DNA from: Chthonomonadales bacterium
Lineage (GTDB): Bacteria > Armatimonadota > Chthonomonadetes > Chthonomonadales > Chthonomonadaceae
Assembly: GCA_038217285.1 (NCBI GenBank)
Contig: JBBQPO010000046.1
Location: 1 to 28,350, forward strand
Direction: 5' to 3'
Length of the DNA stretch: 28,350 bases
This document shows positions 1 to 9,800 of this stretch, piece after piece. Under the pieces are notes generated by a model that was not told the DNA's origin, ran no database searches, and worked only from the letters and a program-made list of their open reading frames with translations. Position numbers and translations under genes: made by a program. The number at the start of each line of letters is the position of its first letter. Within the stretch, counting starts at the first letter, position 1.

Positions 1-141
1 TCCAAAGCAGGCCTAGGTCTTGCGCCGGAAGTCGGTAAGTGTGCTAAAATCCATGTGGGCACCTTCCTTTCTTGTTAACTGAAAGGTACCCAATGGGGCA
101 GCCAAAGTTTATCTTCGGCTGCTCTGTAGTCTAAACGTCAA
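1..141 (-). mobile_element. Left end of a multicopy IS (probably IS701-related DDE type), truncated by the window edge, pointing outward
   Basis: Exact reverse complement of 28210-28350. Begins TTGACGTTTAGAC on the minus strand. Contains an RBS (AAGGAAGGT) and ATG at 54 reading MDFSTLTDFRRKT*ACFG, which resembles N-termini of IS701-related transposases (recalled, not searched). Confidence 0.65.
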
Positions 142-224
142 GAAACGTACAGGGCAGCAAGTTAACTGTTTCGTACATGCGGGTTGCAAGCCGGAATACC
201 GGAGTAGTGCCGAGGAGAAGAGAT

Positions 225-2444
225 ATGGGGCGTTTCCATTACCGGCTGGGAGGCATTGCTGCGGCTCTGGCGCTGTGTGCGGCAGGGCATTTGGGTCTGG
301 CGCAGACACGCTATGATCCGGGCAAGAACGCGCTGTCGCGGCCAGTGCAGAAGCCGGGGCCGGAGGTGCCGGATCGGAGCCACTCCATGCTTGGCGGCGC
401 GTTCGATCAGGGGCCGCGCCAGCAGTCGCGGCTGATGAAGGGGATCGGCAACGTTCATTTCCCCGTCACGACCACCAGGCCGGAAGCACAGAAGTTTTTC
501 GATCAGGGCATCAACTACCTCTACTCGTTCTCCTGGTTCGAGTCGGAGCGCGCCTTCCGTACGGCTGCCAAGCTCGATCCGGACTGCGCGATGGCCTACT
601 GGGGCATGGCGATGGCCGACAGCACACGCGGCAAGGAGTTTCTTAAATTTGCGCAGGACCGGGAGAGCAAGGTCACCGACCGCGAGCGCCGCTACATCGA
701 CGCCCTGGCGATCACCTTCCAGAATGGCGACGCCAAGGCCAATACCAACGCGAACATTCACGCGCTGGAAGCGCTGGTGCGGGCCTACCCCGACGATGTC
801 GAGGCAAAGGCGATGCTGGCCTGGGTGCTGCACAGCGAGCAGGGGGACTCCTCCTTCCGGGTCGCCATCGACGCCCTGCTGCGGGAAGTGATCGCCAAAA
901 ACCCTTTGCATCCTGCCGCGCATCACTATCGCATCCACATGTGGGACGGGGAGAACGCCGACGCGGCGCTGGACAGTTGCCTCAGCTACGCGAAGGCCGC
1001 GCCCGCCATCGGACATGCCCTCCACATGCCGGGCCATATCTATGCCCGACTCGGCATGTTCGTGAAGGCGACAGAATCGATGGAGGCGGCCACGCGCTCG
1101 GAACGACGCTACTGCGCCGAAGTGGGCGAGATGCCCTTCGAAACCTGGGACTTCCTGCATAACCAGGACTTTCTGCTCGGCACCATCGGCTATACCGGCC
1201 GAATCCGCGAAGGCATTCGGCTGGCCATAGAACTGCGCGACACGCCGCGTGATCCGCAGTTCAATCCGGGACGCTCTTTTAACCTGGGCCGATTCAATCT
1301 GCTGCGAGAACGCGTCCGTGGCGAACGCTGGGACGATATTCTCAACGACAAGGAGCATGGCTGGACGGAGGCGACCTCTGATCGCCTCTGGCTCTCCTAT
1401 GCGCAAGGGCTGGCCGCTCTGGGCAAAGGCGATCTCGTCGGCGCGCGTCGCCACGGGGCCGATCTTGCCAAACTCGACCTCACCGGGGATATGCAGAACG
1501 CCGCTCGCCTGGAGATGCGCGGCCGGCTCGCGGTGCAGGATGGCAAGGCAGCGGAAGGTATCGAGATGCTGAAGAAGGCGCTGGCGATGGAGGACAAGAG
1601 CTTTCAACACGGCGATCCCATCAACTATCCGCGTCCGGTCTACGAATCGCTGGCCTGGGCCTATCTGACCGCGAAACGGCCGCAGGAGGCCGAGGCCGTC
1701 CTGCTCACGGGACTGAAGCGGGAGCCGGAGAACGGCTTCGGAATCGCTATGCTCACAGAGGCCCTCGTCGCGGAGGGGCGACGCCCGGAGGCGCTGGAGC
1801 AGTATGCGAAGCTCGCAGACGTCTGGCGGCATGCCGACAGCGACCTGCCAGCCCTGCGCCGCGTCAAGGCGCTCGACCTCGAATCCGATCCCGCGTGCAG
1901 CGTACGGTCGCCATTCCCGACCCCTTACGTTCCTTCCGCCGAGCTGCAGCGCTTCGGCCCTGCGGAGTGGCAGCCTTTCCCCGCCCCCGATGTCACCCTT
2001 ACAGGCCCGGAGGGCAAGCCGACCCGACTCTCCGCGCTGCGAGGACGCAATCTCCTGCTCGTCTACTATCTGGGCGGAACCTGCCCGGCCTGCACCCTGC
2101 AGTTGGCCGCCCTCGGCAAAGAGAAATCGGCTTTCGCTGCCCTCGATACCGACATCGCCGCCGTCAGTTCGGATAGTCCGCAGGCCAACAAGACCTTTCT
2201 TGCAGCAAATCCTGCCTATCCTCTGCGGCTCTTCTCCGACACGAAGCACGCTGCAGCGAAGCGCTGCAAAGCCTTCGACGACTTCGAAAACAGGGAACTC
2301 CATGCCACCCTGCTCCTCGACAAACAGGGCCGCGTCTGGTGGTACCGCTACGGGGTCGAGCCTTTCACCGACAACAAGTTCCTCAAAGAAGAGATCGCCC
2401 GCATGAACGCCTGGGAAGCGCGTCACCCTGCGGCCTCTCGCTGA
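225..2444 (+). CDS. Secreted TPR-repeat protein with C-terminal peroxiredoxin/redoxin (AhpC/TSA-like) domain
   Basis: RBS AGGAG before ATG 225 (ORF track starts at 177). Signal-peptide-like N-terminus. TPR-type helices (AQKFFDQG, AAKLDPDCAMAYWGMA). C-terminal APDVTL...TCPAC...HATLLLDKQGRV redoxin fold. Confidence 0.8.
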   Translation: MGRFHYRLGGIAAALALCAAGHLGLAQTRYDPGKNALSRPVQKPGPEVPDRSHSMLGGAFDQGPRQQSRLMKGIGNVHFPVTTTRPEAQKFFDQGINYLYSFSWFESERAFRTAAKLDPDCAMAYWGMAMADSTRGKEFLKFAQDRESKVTDRERRYIDALAITFQNGDAKANTNANIHALEALVRAYPDDVEAKAMLAWVLHSEQGDSSFRVAIDALLREVIAKNPLHPAAHHYRIHMWDGENADAALDSCLSYAKAAPAIGHALHMPGHIYARLGMFVKATESMEAATRSERRYCAEVGEMPFETWDFLHNQDFLLGTIGYTGRIREGIRLAIELRDTPRDPQFNPGRSFNLGRFNLLRERVRGERWDDILNDKEHGWTEATSDRLWLSYAQGLAALGKGDLVGARRHGADLAKLDLTGDMQNAARLEMRGRLAVQDGKAAEGIEMLKKALAMEDKSFQHGDPINYPRPVYESLAWAYLTAKRPQEAEAVLLTGLKREPENGFGIAMLTEALVAEGRRPEALEQYAKLADVWRHADSDLPALRRVKALDLESDPACSVRSPFPTPYVPSAELQRFGPAEWQPFPAPDVTLTGPEGKPTRLSALRGRNLLLVYYLGGTCPACTLQLAALGKEKSAFAALDTDIAAVSSDSPQANKTFLAANPAYPLRLFSDTKHAAAKRCKAFDDFENRELHATLLLDKQGRVWWYRYGVEPFTDNKFLKEEIARMNAWEARHPAASR

Positions 2445-2448
2445 GGCG

Positions 2449-3285
2449 CTAGAAGAGAGTTCCCTGCGTTTCCGGGGGCTTTTCGGAGGGGGCGAGGCCC
2501 AGGTTTTGCCGCACACTGTTGACGGTGGCCGGGGCATACCCCTGGTAGTCGTTGTTGCAGAATATGTACATGGCCTTGAGGTGGGACTGATTGGCGCGCA
2601 GTGCGTCGGTCCAGCGCGCGATCTCGACCGTACGGTCGGCCTGGACCTCGCGATGATGGTCGTAGGCGCCGTGTCTGCCGATAAGCCGCAGATAGGTAAA
2701 ATCGGCGGTCAGTTCCAGGCGTTTCGGCATGGCGGGATAGTCGGCGGCGACCAGCGCGACGCCGTGTTCCGCCAGCAGGTCGCCCACATCCGTCCCGACA
2801 AGCGAGCGGTGCCGGAACTCGATGGCGAACTGCGCCGTCTTGTCCGAAAGCTGCGTAAGCAGGGGCAAAAACGCCTTCAGGTCGGGCAGTTGTTCGCGTG
2901 TAAAGCTCGGCGGCATCTGAATCAGCATTGGGCCGCGCTTCTCGCGCAGCAGCGCCATCGTCGCCACGAACTCCTCCAGCGGAGGGCCAACCTTCTGCAG
3001 TCCGGCGTCGTGGGTAAGGAGGCGCGGCACTTTCGGGCAGAAGACGAAGTGGGGCGGCGTTGAGTCGTACCACTGGCGCACCGTCGTTTCGCGCGGGGTG
3101 CCATAGAAGGTCGAGTCGATCTCCACCGCGCCGAAGGCCCGCGCGTAGAGCGTAATCGCCTGTCGTCCGGGGCCTGCAGCAGGATAGAAGGGGCCGTTCC
3201 AGTCGGCGTAACTCCAGCCCATCGTGCCGACATGCACGGGAACTGTCAGCGGCTCTCCCACGGTTGTTTCGTTTTGAATCTCCAT
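2449..3285 (-). CDS. DUF72 (YecE-like) TIM-barrel protein
   Basis: Motifs VGTMGWSYADWNGPFYP, VEIDSTFY, FCPKVPRLLTH, LIQMPPSF, AIEFRH, YLRLIGR, YIFCNN. Start placed at ATG 3285 (ORF track 3330). Confidence 0.92.
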   Translation of the reverse strand: MEIQNETTVGEPLTVPVHVGTMGWSYADWNGPFYPAAGPGRQAITLYARAFGAVEIDSTFYGTPRETTVRQWYDSTPPHFVFCPKVPRLLTHDAGLQKVGPPLEEFVATMALLREKRGPMLIQMPPSFTREQLPDLKAFLPLLTQLSDKTAQFAIEFRHRSLVGTDVGDLLAEHGVALVAADYPAMPKRLELTADFTYLRLIGRHGAYDHHREVQADRTVEIARWTDALRANQSHLKAMYIFCNNDYQGYAPATVNSVRQNLGLAPSEKPPETQGTLF

Positions 3286-3449
3286 GCCGCCTGAATTCGG
3301 TGCGAAAACCCGCTTCTCCTGCTCCGGCAATTGAGCGAACGCGGAATTTCTCCTCCCCTGACCTGCGTATTAACAAAGACCACGCTCTGTCCAACCCCAC
3401 GGACGAACTATTGAGATGTAAACCATTGAGATGTAAGGAATGCACTTCT

Positions 3450-4700
3450 ATGCGGCGATATTTTCGCGTTCTCTTCCGACCGCTTTTTTTTGCGATGTGC
3501 CTTGGGCTTTTGCTGCCGTCGCTTCGATCACAGGCTGACGATACCCTGCCGCCCACGGAGTTGGTATCGGGGCAGTTGGCAGGCATCCAGGCGGAGAAAG
3601 AGACCTTGGACGGCCCTTTTCCCGGCCTGCTCCTGACCGTGCGCGCCCACGATCCTATCTTCGATACCCGCTATAATCAGCCGTACCGCGCCACCTGCTG
3701 CGCCTATATCGCCCGCAAGTCCCCCGGCAGTGACAGCGTCACCACCTACTCGCGCCGCTTTGTGGTGCATGTGCCGGACGCCGAAGCCCTGCCGACGGCA
3801 AAGCGTGTCGCCCGTCTGTTGCTTCTGCTCCGAGGCGAGGTGCAGTCTCATCTGCGAATCGATCATCCCGGCCGTTATCAGACCGTCGCCGTCTGGATGA
3901 CCCGGCGCGTAGAGCGCGGCCTCTCGCCCGACACAGGCGGAGAGCAGTTCAAAGACCAGATCTATTTCTATGACCTGTCTGCCGACCGCCGCGCCGTCGA
4001 GTGGGGCCGGGAAGTCGCGCACGAATACGGGCATTTTGCGCTGGTGCCGGGTGCCGTCGGCTTTACCGCTCCCGAGGACGACTCCAACGGCGTTCTGGGC
4101 GAACGTCTGTTCTTGAAGTGGCTCTGGACCGATCTTCACGCGGGCCGTATTCAGGCCGAGGCCCTGCCGTTCCTGACGCTCGATCTGCTCGACACCTACG
4201 TCGCTCTCCAGGTCACGCCGCTGCTGCGCCGCCTCACCCGCGACGGCCCGGACGCCCGCCAACTGACAAAGCGCGATGCCGAAGGGATGGACACCTATAT
4301 CGGCCTCCTGCTCTATCTCGACACGCTCTACGGCAGCCGCCAACTGCAGGACATTCGCGCCTGCACCCTCCCGTCTCAGGCCGGTGATTTCGTCCATGCG
4401 TCGGACTTTCTGCGGGGAGCGGTGCAGTCGCTGACGGAGGCGCCGGCGGAGACACTGCATCTTGCCAATCTCTCCGCCGACAACAAAACGGCGATTATCA
4501 CCGCCTACCTGCTGCACGGGGAGTATGCCGTGCGCGCCGAAGGGGCGATCAATTCCTGGCAGTCCGCCGACCCTGGCCTGCACGCCCGAAGCCAGACATC
4601 GCTCAGCGTCGTGCAGTCCGGATGGCATCGCCTGACCGTGACTCTTACCGCGCCGCCCGATGGGGCGACCATTCTGCATCTGCACCGAACATCGAAATAG
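3450..4700 (+). CDS. Hypothetical secreted protein with HExxH zincin-like motif
   Basis: ATG 3450 is in frame within ORF 3264-4700. Signal-peptide-like MRRYFR...SQA/DD. EVAHEYGH motif followed by NGVLGE. Confidence 0.7.
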   Translation: MRRYFRVLFRPLFFAMCLGLLLPSLRSQADDTLPPTELVSGQLAGIQAEKETLDGPFPGLLLTVRAHDPIFDTRYNQPYRATCCAYIARKSPGSDSVTTYSRRFVVHVPDAEALPTAKRVARLLLLLRGEVQSHLRIDHPGRYQTVAVWMTRRVERGLSPDTGGEQFKDQIYFYDLSADRRAVEWGREVAHEYGHFALVPGAVGFTAPEDDSNGVLGERLFLKWLWTDLHAGRIQAEALPFLTLDLLDTYVALQVTPLLRRLTRDGPDARQLTKRDAEGMDTYIGLLLYLDTLYGSRQLQDIRACTLPSQAGDFVHASDFLRGAVQSLTEAPAETLHLANLSADNKTAIITAYLLHGEYAVRAEGAINSWQSADPGLHARSQTSLSVVQSGWHRLTVTLTAPPDGATILHLHRTSK

Positions 4701-4706
4701 CGCGTC

Positions 4707-4735
4707 TTGTCCGCTTTGGGGCTATAGGGTACACT
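4707..4735 (+). promoter_or_regulatory. Sigma70-type promoter for pyrK, probably leaderless
   Basis: TTGTCC-N17-TACACT. The ATG at 4743 follows the -10 box by 7 nt with no Shine-Dalgarno. Confidence 0.55.
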
Positions 4736-4742
4736 GATCGCT

Positions 4743-5582
4743 ATGGAAAATGCTGTTTCGACAATCGGGCCGCGCTTCGATGTGGAAGCCAGAGTGCTCT
4801 CCCATGAGCGAGTTATCGGGCAGGAGTTCGAAATCGTTTTCGAGGCTCCTGCCATTGCCGCATCGGCGCAGCCGGGGCAGTTTCTGGAGCTGTTGTTCGG
4901 AGAGAACTATGCACCTCTGCTGCGGCGGCCGTTCAGCCTGTATCGCGTCAATCGCGCGGCGGGGACCTGCAGTGTGCTCTACCTGGCGCGGGGATCGTTC
5001 ACAAGCGCTCTGGCGCAGAAGCGGGCGGGAGACACGGTCTCCTTGCTCGGGCCGCTTGGCAAGCCCTATCGCTGGCAGGTCGGCGAAGTGGGTCGTCATA
5101 TCCTGATCGCGGGCGGCATCGGCGCGCCCCCACTCTATTTTCTGGCGCATGAGTTGAGCCGGACGCCGGGCATCGATCCCGCACAGGTTGTCGTGGTCAA
5201 TGCCGCCCGCACCCGTGACCTGCTGGTGGGCATGACGGAGTTCGGTAACCTCAACATAGTGCTGCAGGCCGTTACCGACGACGGTTCGCAAGGCTCTCGC
5301 GGACTCGCCACCGAGTTGCTGACACGCCTGCTCGACGACGATGCAACTCCCACCCACCTCTACTCATGCGGCCCGATGCCGATGCTGCGCGCGGTCGGCG
5401 ACATCGCTCTCGCCCGTGGTCTGCCCTGCCAACTCTCCATCGAAACCTCCATGCCGTGCGGCATCGGCCTGTGCCAGGGCTGTGTCGTCTCGCTGCACGC
5501 CCCAGAACACCCCCTGCGCGCCCGCAACGCTCTCGCCTGCGTCGAAGGCCCCGTCTTCGACGCGCATCTACTGCGCTGGTAG
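4743..5582 (+). CDS. pyrK: Dihydroorotate dehydrogenase B electron-transfer subunit (FAD/2Fe-2S)
   Basis: AQPGQF, LLRRPFS, LLGPLG, IAGGIGAPP, CGPMPML and MPCGIGLCQGC...CVEGPVF Fe-S motif. Confidence 0.9.
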   Translation: MENAVSTIGPRFDVEARVLSHERVIGQEFEIVFEAPAIAASAQPGQFLELLFGENYAPLLRRPFSLYRVNRAAGTCSVLYLARGSFTSALAQKRAGDTVSLLGPLGKPYRWQVGEVGRHILIAGGIGAPPLYFLAHELSRTPGIDPAQVVVVNAARTRDLLVGMTEFGNLNIVLQAVTDDGSQGSRGLATELLTRLLDDDATPTHLYSCGPMPMLRAVGDIALARGLPCQLSIETSMPCGIGLCQGCVVSLHAPEHPLRARNALACVEGPVFDAHLLRW

Positions 5583-5597
5583 AGAGAGTTCAGGGCC

Positions 5598-6794
5598 TTA
5601 CCAGTTGGCTTTGGTTCCGTCGGGGAGGAACATCTCGACATCGCGCCAGGTGGCGCCGACTTTTGCGGCGCGCTCAACCTCGGCCCAGTCGATCTGTACG
5701 CCCAGGCCCGGCCGGTCGGAGATGGGGAGATGGCCGGTCGCATCCACTTCGAATAGGGGCCAGTCACTCTCCACGATGAAGCGCAGCCAGGGATCGACAG
5801 TCCCGGTAGCACCGCTGGCGTTGTAGTGGATGCCTTTGGCCCACTCCAGAATCCAGCCCGCACGGGACTGCGCCACGACATGCAGGCAGGCCATGAAGGC
5901 GATGGGAGAGAGCGGACAGTGCGGCGCGAGGGCGAGGCCGTTCGCCTCGGCCAGCGCCGCCACCTCCGCCGCGTTGGAGATGCCGCCGACGTGGACGAGG
6001 TCGGGCTGGAGAATGTGCGCGCCCTGATTGGCGACTACGTCGGAGAACTCCGCCACCGTGAACATCCGCTCGCCGGTCGCGATGGGAACATGAGTCAGTG
6101 CGGCGATCCCCGGCAGCCAGCGGTTATAGTCCGGCCGAACTGGCTCCTCGTAGAACAGCGGATTGGCGAACTCCAGCTCCCGCACCAGCCGCCGCGCCAT
6201 CGGCACGTTGCAGCGCCCGTGAAAATCGAACGCGATGTCGATGTCGGGGCCGACCGCCTCCCGCACGGCGCGGGCGCGGGCGACTGCCGAGCGTATTCCG
6301 CCATACGTGTCGATGGCCGCCAGGGGAGGACAGGCGTTCATCTTGATCGCCCGCGCGCCTTCCGCCACGACCATCGTCGCCTCTTCCGCAGCCACTTCTG
6401 GCGATTCGTTATTGCCGCCTGCCCAGCGATAGACCTTCACCTTATCGCGGACCTTGCCGCCCAGCAGACGGTGAATCGGCAGACCGGTCGCCTTGCCCTG
6501 AATATCCCACAGCGCCATCTCGATGCCCGCCAGCGCGCTCATGAAGTGCGCGCCGCCGTGGTAGAAGGACTGGTCGTAGACGCCGCGCACCAGCCGCTTC
6601 AGGTCCCGCGCGTCCTTGCCGATGAAGTGGCGGGAGAGCTCATGGACCAGAGCCTGCGTTCCATCGAGCTGCCCCTCGACCGTGTACTCCCCGAAGCCTT
6701 CCAGTCCGCCCGCTACGCGCACCCGCAGCAGGCCCCAGCGCGGTGGAACCTGTACGGTCTCGATGGTCTCGACAATCAACGGCGTCTCCTGCAT
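5598..6794 (-). CDS. dgoD: Galactonate dehydratase-like mandelate racemase/enolase superfamily enzyme
   Basis: VPPRW, SALAGIEMALWDIQGK, LLGGKVRD, DFHGR, FYEEP, IATGER, QPDLVHVGG, APHCPL. Confidence 0.75.
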   Translation of the reverse strand: MQETPLIVETIETVQVPPRWGLLRVRVAGGLEGFGEYTVEGQLDGTQALVHELSRHFIGKDARDLKRLVRGVYDQSFYHGGAHFMSALAGIEMALWDIQGKATGLPIHRLLGGKVRDKVKVYRWAGGNNESPEVAAEEATMVVAEGARAIKMNACPPLAAIDTYGGIRSAVARARAVREAVGPDIDIAFDFHGRCNVPMARRLVRELEFANPLFYEEPVRPDYNRWLPGIAALTHVPIATGERMFTVAEFSDVVANQGAHILQPDLVHVGGISNAAEVAALAEANGLALAPHCPLSPIAFMACLHVVAQSRAGWILEWAKGIHYNASGATGTVDPWLRFIVESDWPLFEVDATGHLPISDRPGLGVQIDWAEVERAAKVGATWRDVEMFLPDGTKANW

Positions 6795-6868
6795 ACTTGT
6801 TTTATCCTTAGCGATGTCTACCAGTTTTTCGCCGTTTGAAGCAGCGTCTTTTTGCGGCCAGATCGGGA

Positions 6869-9800
6869 TCAGCGTCTTGCGGTCAGGGCGGGAGTTCGCG
6901 TAGCGCCGACAGGAGTTTTACCCGCGCTGTTGGTTTTGTCGGGAACGCCGAAGGCGAAAGCCTGTTCCAGGGTGGCGATCATCTCTTCGACCTGGGGCAG
7001 GACTTTGGGGCCGGTAAGCGCGATCTGTACGCCGTCCGGGGTGAAGCGATAGTTCTTGAAGCCGACCGTCAGCAGTTGCACAGCCTGCGGCGTGAGGCGG
7101 ATGCCGGGCGTAAATTTGATATTGATCTGCGCCGCTTCGCCCCGAACAGCGGCGACGCCGGCCTGCTGGCAACGCAGGCGCAGACGCAGAATCGCCAGGG
7201 CGTCCCAGACCGGGCGCGGTGGGTCGCCGAAGCGGTCTTCGAGTTCGGCCTGTAGGTTCTCGATGTCCGGAACGGAGCGGACGGCGCTCATGCGCTTGTA
7301 GAAGTAGATGCGCTCCGCCTCACCGGGGATATAGTCGTTCGGAATATGGGCTGTGACGGGAATATCCATCGGCGGCAGAATATCTTCGGTGATATCCTCG
7401 CCTTTAAGCTCCTGCACGGCCTGCGCGAGCAGTTGCGCGTAAAGGTCGAAGCCGACGCTGATCATGGCCCCATGCTGCTCCGCGCCGAGCAGATTACCCG
7501 CCCCCCGGATTTCGAGATCGCGCATGGCGACTTTGTAGCCGCTGCCGAGCGCGGAGAACTCCTTCATCGCGGCCAGACGCTGCTCCGCCACCTCGGTCAG
7601 AAGTTTGTCGCGACGATAAAATAAGTAGGCGTAGGCCTGACGACTGGAGCGCCCGACGCGTCCGCGCAACTGGTACAACTGCGATAGGCCCAGGTGATCG
7701 GCGTTGTCGAGCAGAATGGTGTTGGCGTTGGAGACGTCGAGGCCGTTCTCGATGATCGTAGTGCAGAGCAGGATGTCGGCCTCGTGGTGGTAGAAGGCGA
7801 CCATGACCTTCTCCAACTCGTCTTCTGACATCTGGCCGTGCCCAACGAGAATGCGCGCATCGGGCACGAGCCGCTGCAGATGGACCGCGACATGATGAAT
7901 GCTCTCGACGCGGTTATGGACATAGTAGATCTGGCCGTCGCGCTCCAGCTCACGCAGAACCGCATCGCGCAGCAGCTCATCGTCGTATTCACGGACAAAG
8001 GTCATGACCGGAATGCGGCCTTCGGGCGGATCTTCGATCAAGCTCATATCCCGCAGCCCCGAAAGGGCCATACTGAGGGTGCGCGGAATGGGCGTCGCGG
8101 AGAGCGTGAGGACGTCCACCTGCGTCCGCAACTGCTTAAGCCGCTCTTTGTGGGCGACGCCGAACCTCTGCTCCTCGTCGACGATGACCATGCCGAGATT
8201 CTTGAGCACGATGTCTTTGCTGAGCAGGCGATGGGTGGCAATCACAATATCGACGGTGCCGTCCTTCAGACCCTGCACGGTCTTCGCCTGCTCCTGCTTG
8301 GTGCGGAAGCGGCTGAGAAGTTCGATATTGAGGGGATAGGCGGCGAAGCGCTCGCGGAAGGTCGTGAGGTGCTGGGAGGCCAGAACGGTCGTGGGGCAGA
8401 GGACGGCGACCTGCTTGCCCTCCGTAACGACCTTGAACGCGGCGCGCAGGGCGACTTCCGTCTTTCCAAACCCGACATCGCCGCATATCAGGCGATCCAT
8501 CGGCTGCTCGCGTTCAAGGTCGGCCTTCACGTCCTGAATGGCGCGCAGTTGGTCGCGCGTCTCCTGATACGGAAACGCCTCTTCCATCTCGATCTGCCAG
8601 GGGCCGTCGGGGCCGAAGTTGGGGCGTGTGGCGGCATGCCGAGCCGCGTAGAGGCGGATAAGCTCTCCGGCCATCTCGCGCGCCTGCTCCCGGACTTTGC
8701 GGGTGGTACGCTGCCAGTCGTTGCCGCCGAGCTTGTTGATCTGCGGAGCGTTGCCGTCGGCCCCCTGATAGCGCTGGATACGGTCGATCTGATCGGCGGG
8801 CACGAACAGCCGGTCGCCGCCCTGATACTGCACCAACAGGTAGTCGCGCTGGTTGCCGTCCACCGTGCGCTTCACCAGGCCACGATACTGCCCGATGCCG
8901 TGGTGCATGTGGACGACATAGTCGAACTCGCGCAGATCGAGGACGGAGGAGATCGCCACGCCGCCCGCCACTTTGCGCCGGGGCACGACGGTGCGCGCCG
9001 CTCCGAAAAGCTCCGCGTCGGTGAGAATGTAGAGGCGCAGGTCGGCGAGCGTAAAGCCGGCGCGCAGACGCCCCTCTTCCACATGCAGGCCTGCCTTCGC
9101 GCCGATTCCGCTGCCGCGCGGCTGCACGGGCAGGCGCAGATCGGCGCATATTTCGCGCACACGGGCGGGCTGATCGCTGACGAAGACGACCCGACAGTCG
9201 TTGGCGAGCCAGGTGCCCACCTCGTCCGCCAGCGCATTCGTGCGGCCCCGATAGTTCTCGGTCGGCGTCGAGTTGATGCGCAGGGTCTGCTTTACAGCGA
9301 ACCCCTCGACACGCCGCCCCAGCAGCGATAACAGCAGCGCCGGATGCGCCGCCAGACGCGCCATTCCCGCCTTATAGGCCAGGGCATGCGGGAAGATGTC
9401 GAGCGACTCGCCGCGCTCCCACTGCCGCTCCCGCGCCAACTGCATATCGCCTGTAATACGGTCCCAGTGCTCATGGATCAGATGCGGCTCGTCCAGCACA
9501 ACCACGGCGTTCGCAGGCAGGTAGTCCACCGCGCAGACCGTCTCCGGCACGAGATAAGGCAGGTACTGCTCCAGCCCCGCAAAATAAGCCTGCTGCTGCA
9601 AAGAGACGAGCACGCTCTCCACCCGATCCGTCAGCCGCTCGATGGCCTCCCGAGCCGGCGCGCCGCCCTTCCCCGCCAGTTCCTCTCGGCGCTTTACAAA
9701 CGCCTTCCGAATCGCGTCCATCGCAGGCCGCACCCGCTCTTCGGAGAGCCGCAGCTCCCGCACAGGAGCCAGCTCGACATAGGCATGGCGACCGGTGCTG

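Noticed and set aside
162..2537. Long antisense and overlapping ORFs (162-2537, 7838-9331, 9344-10471, 20582-21751, 24982-26763 and others)
   Set aside because: Shadow ORFs of high-GC coding strands with no recognisable motifs; the opposite strands hold clear genes.
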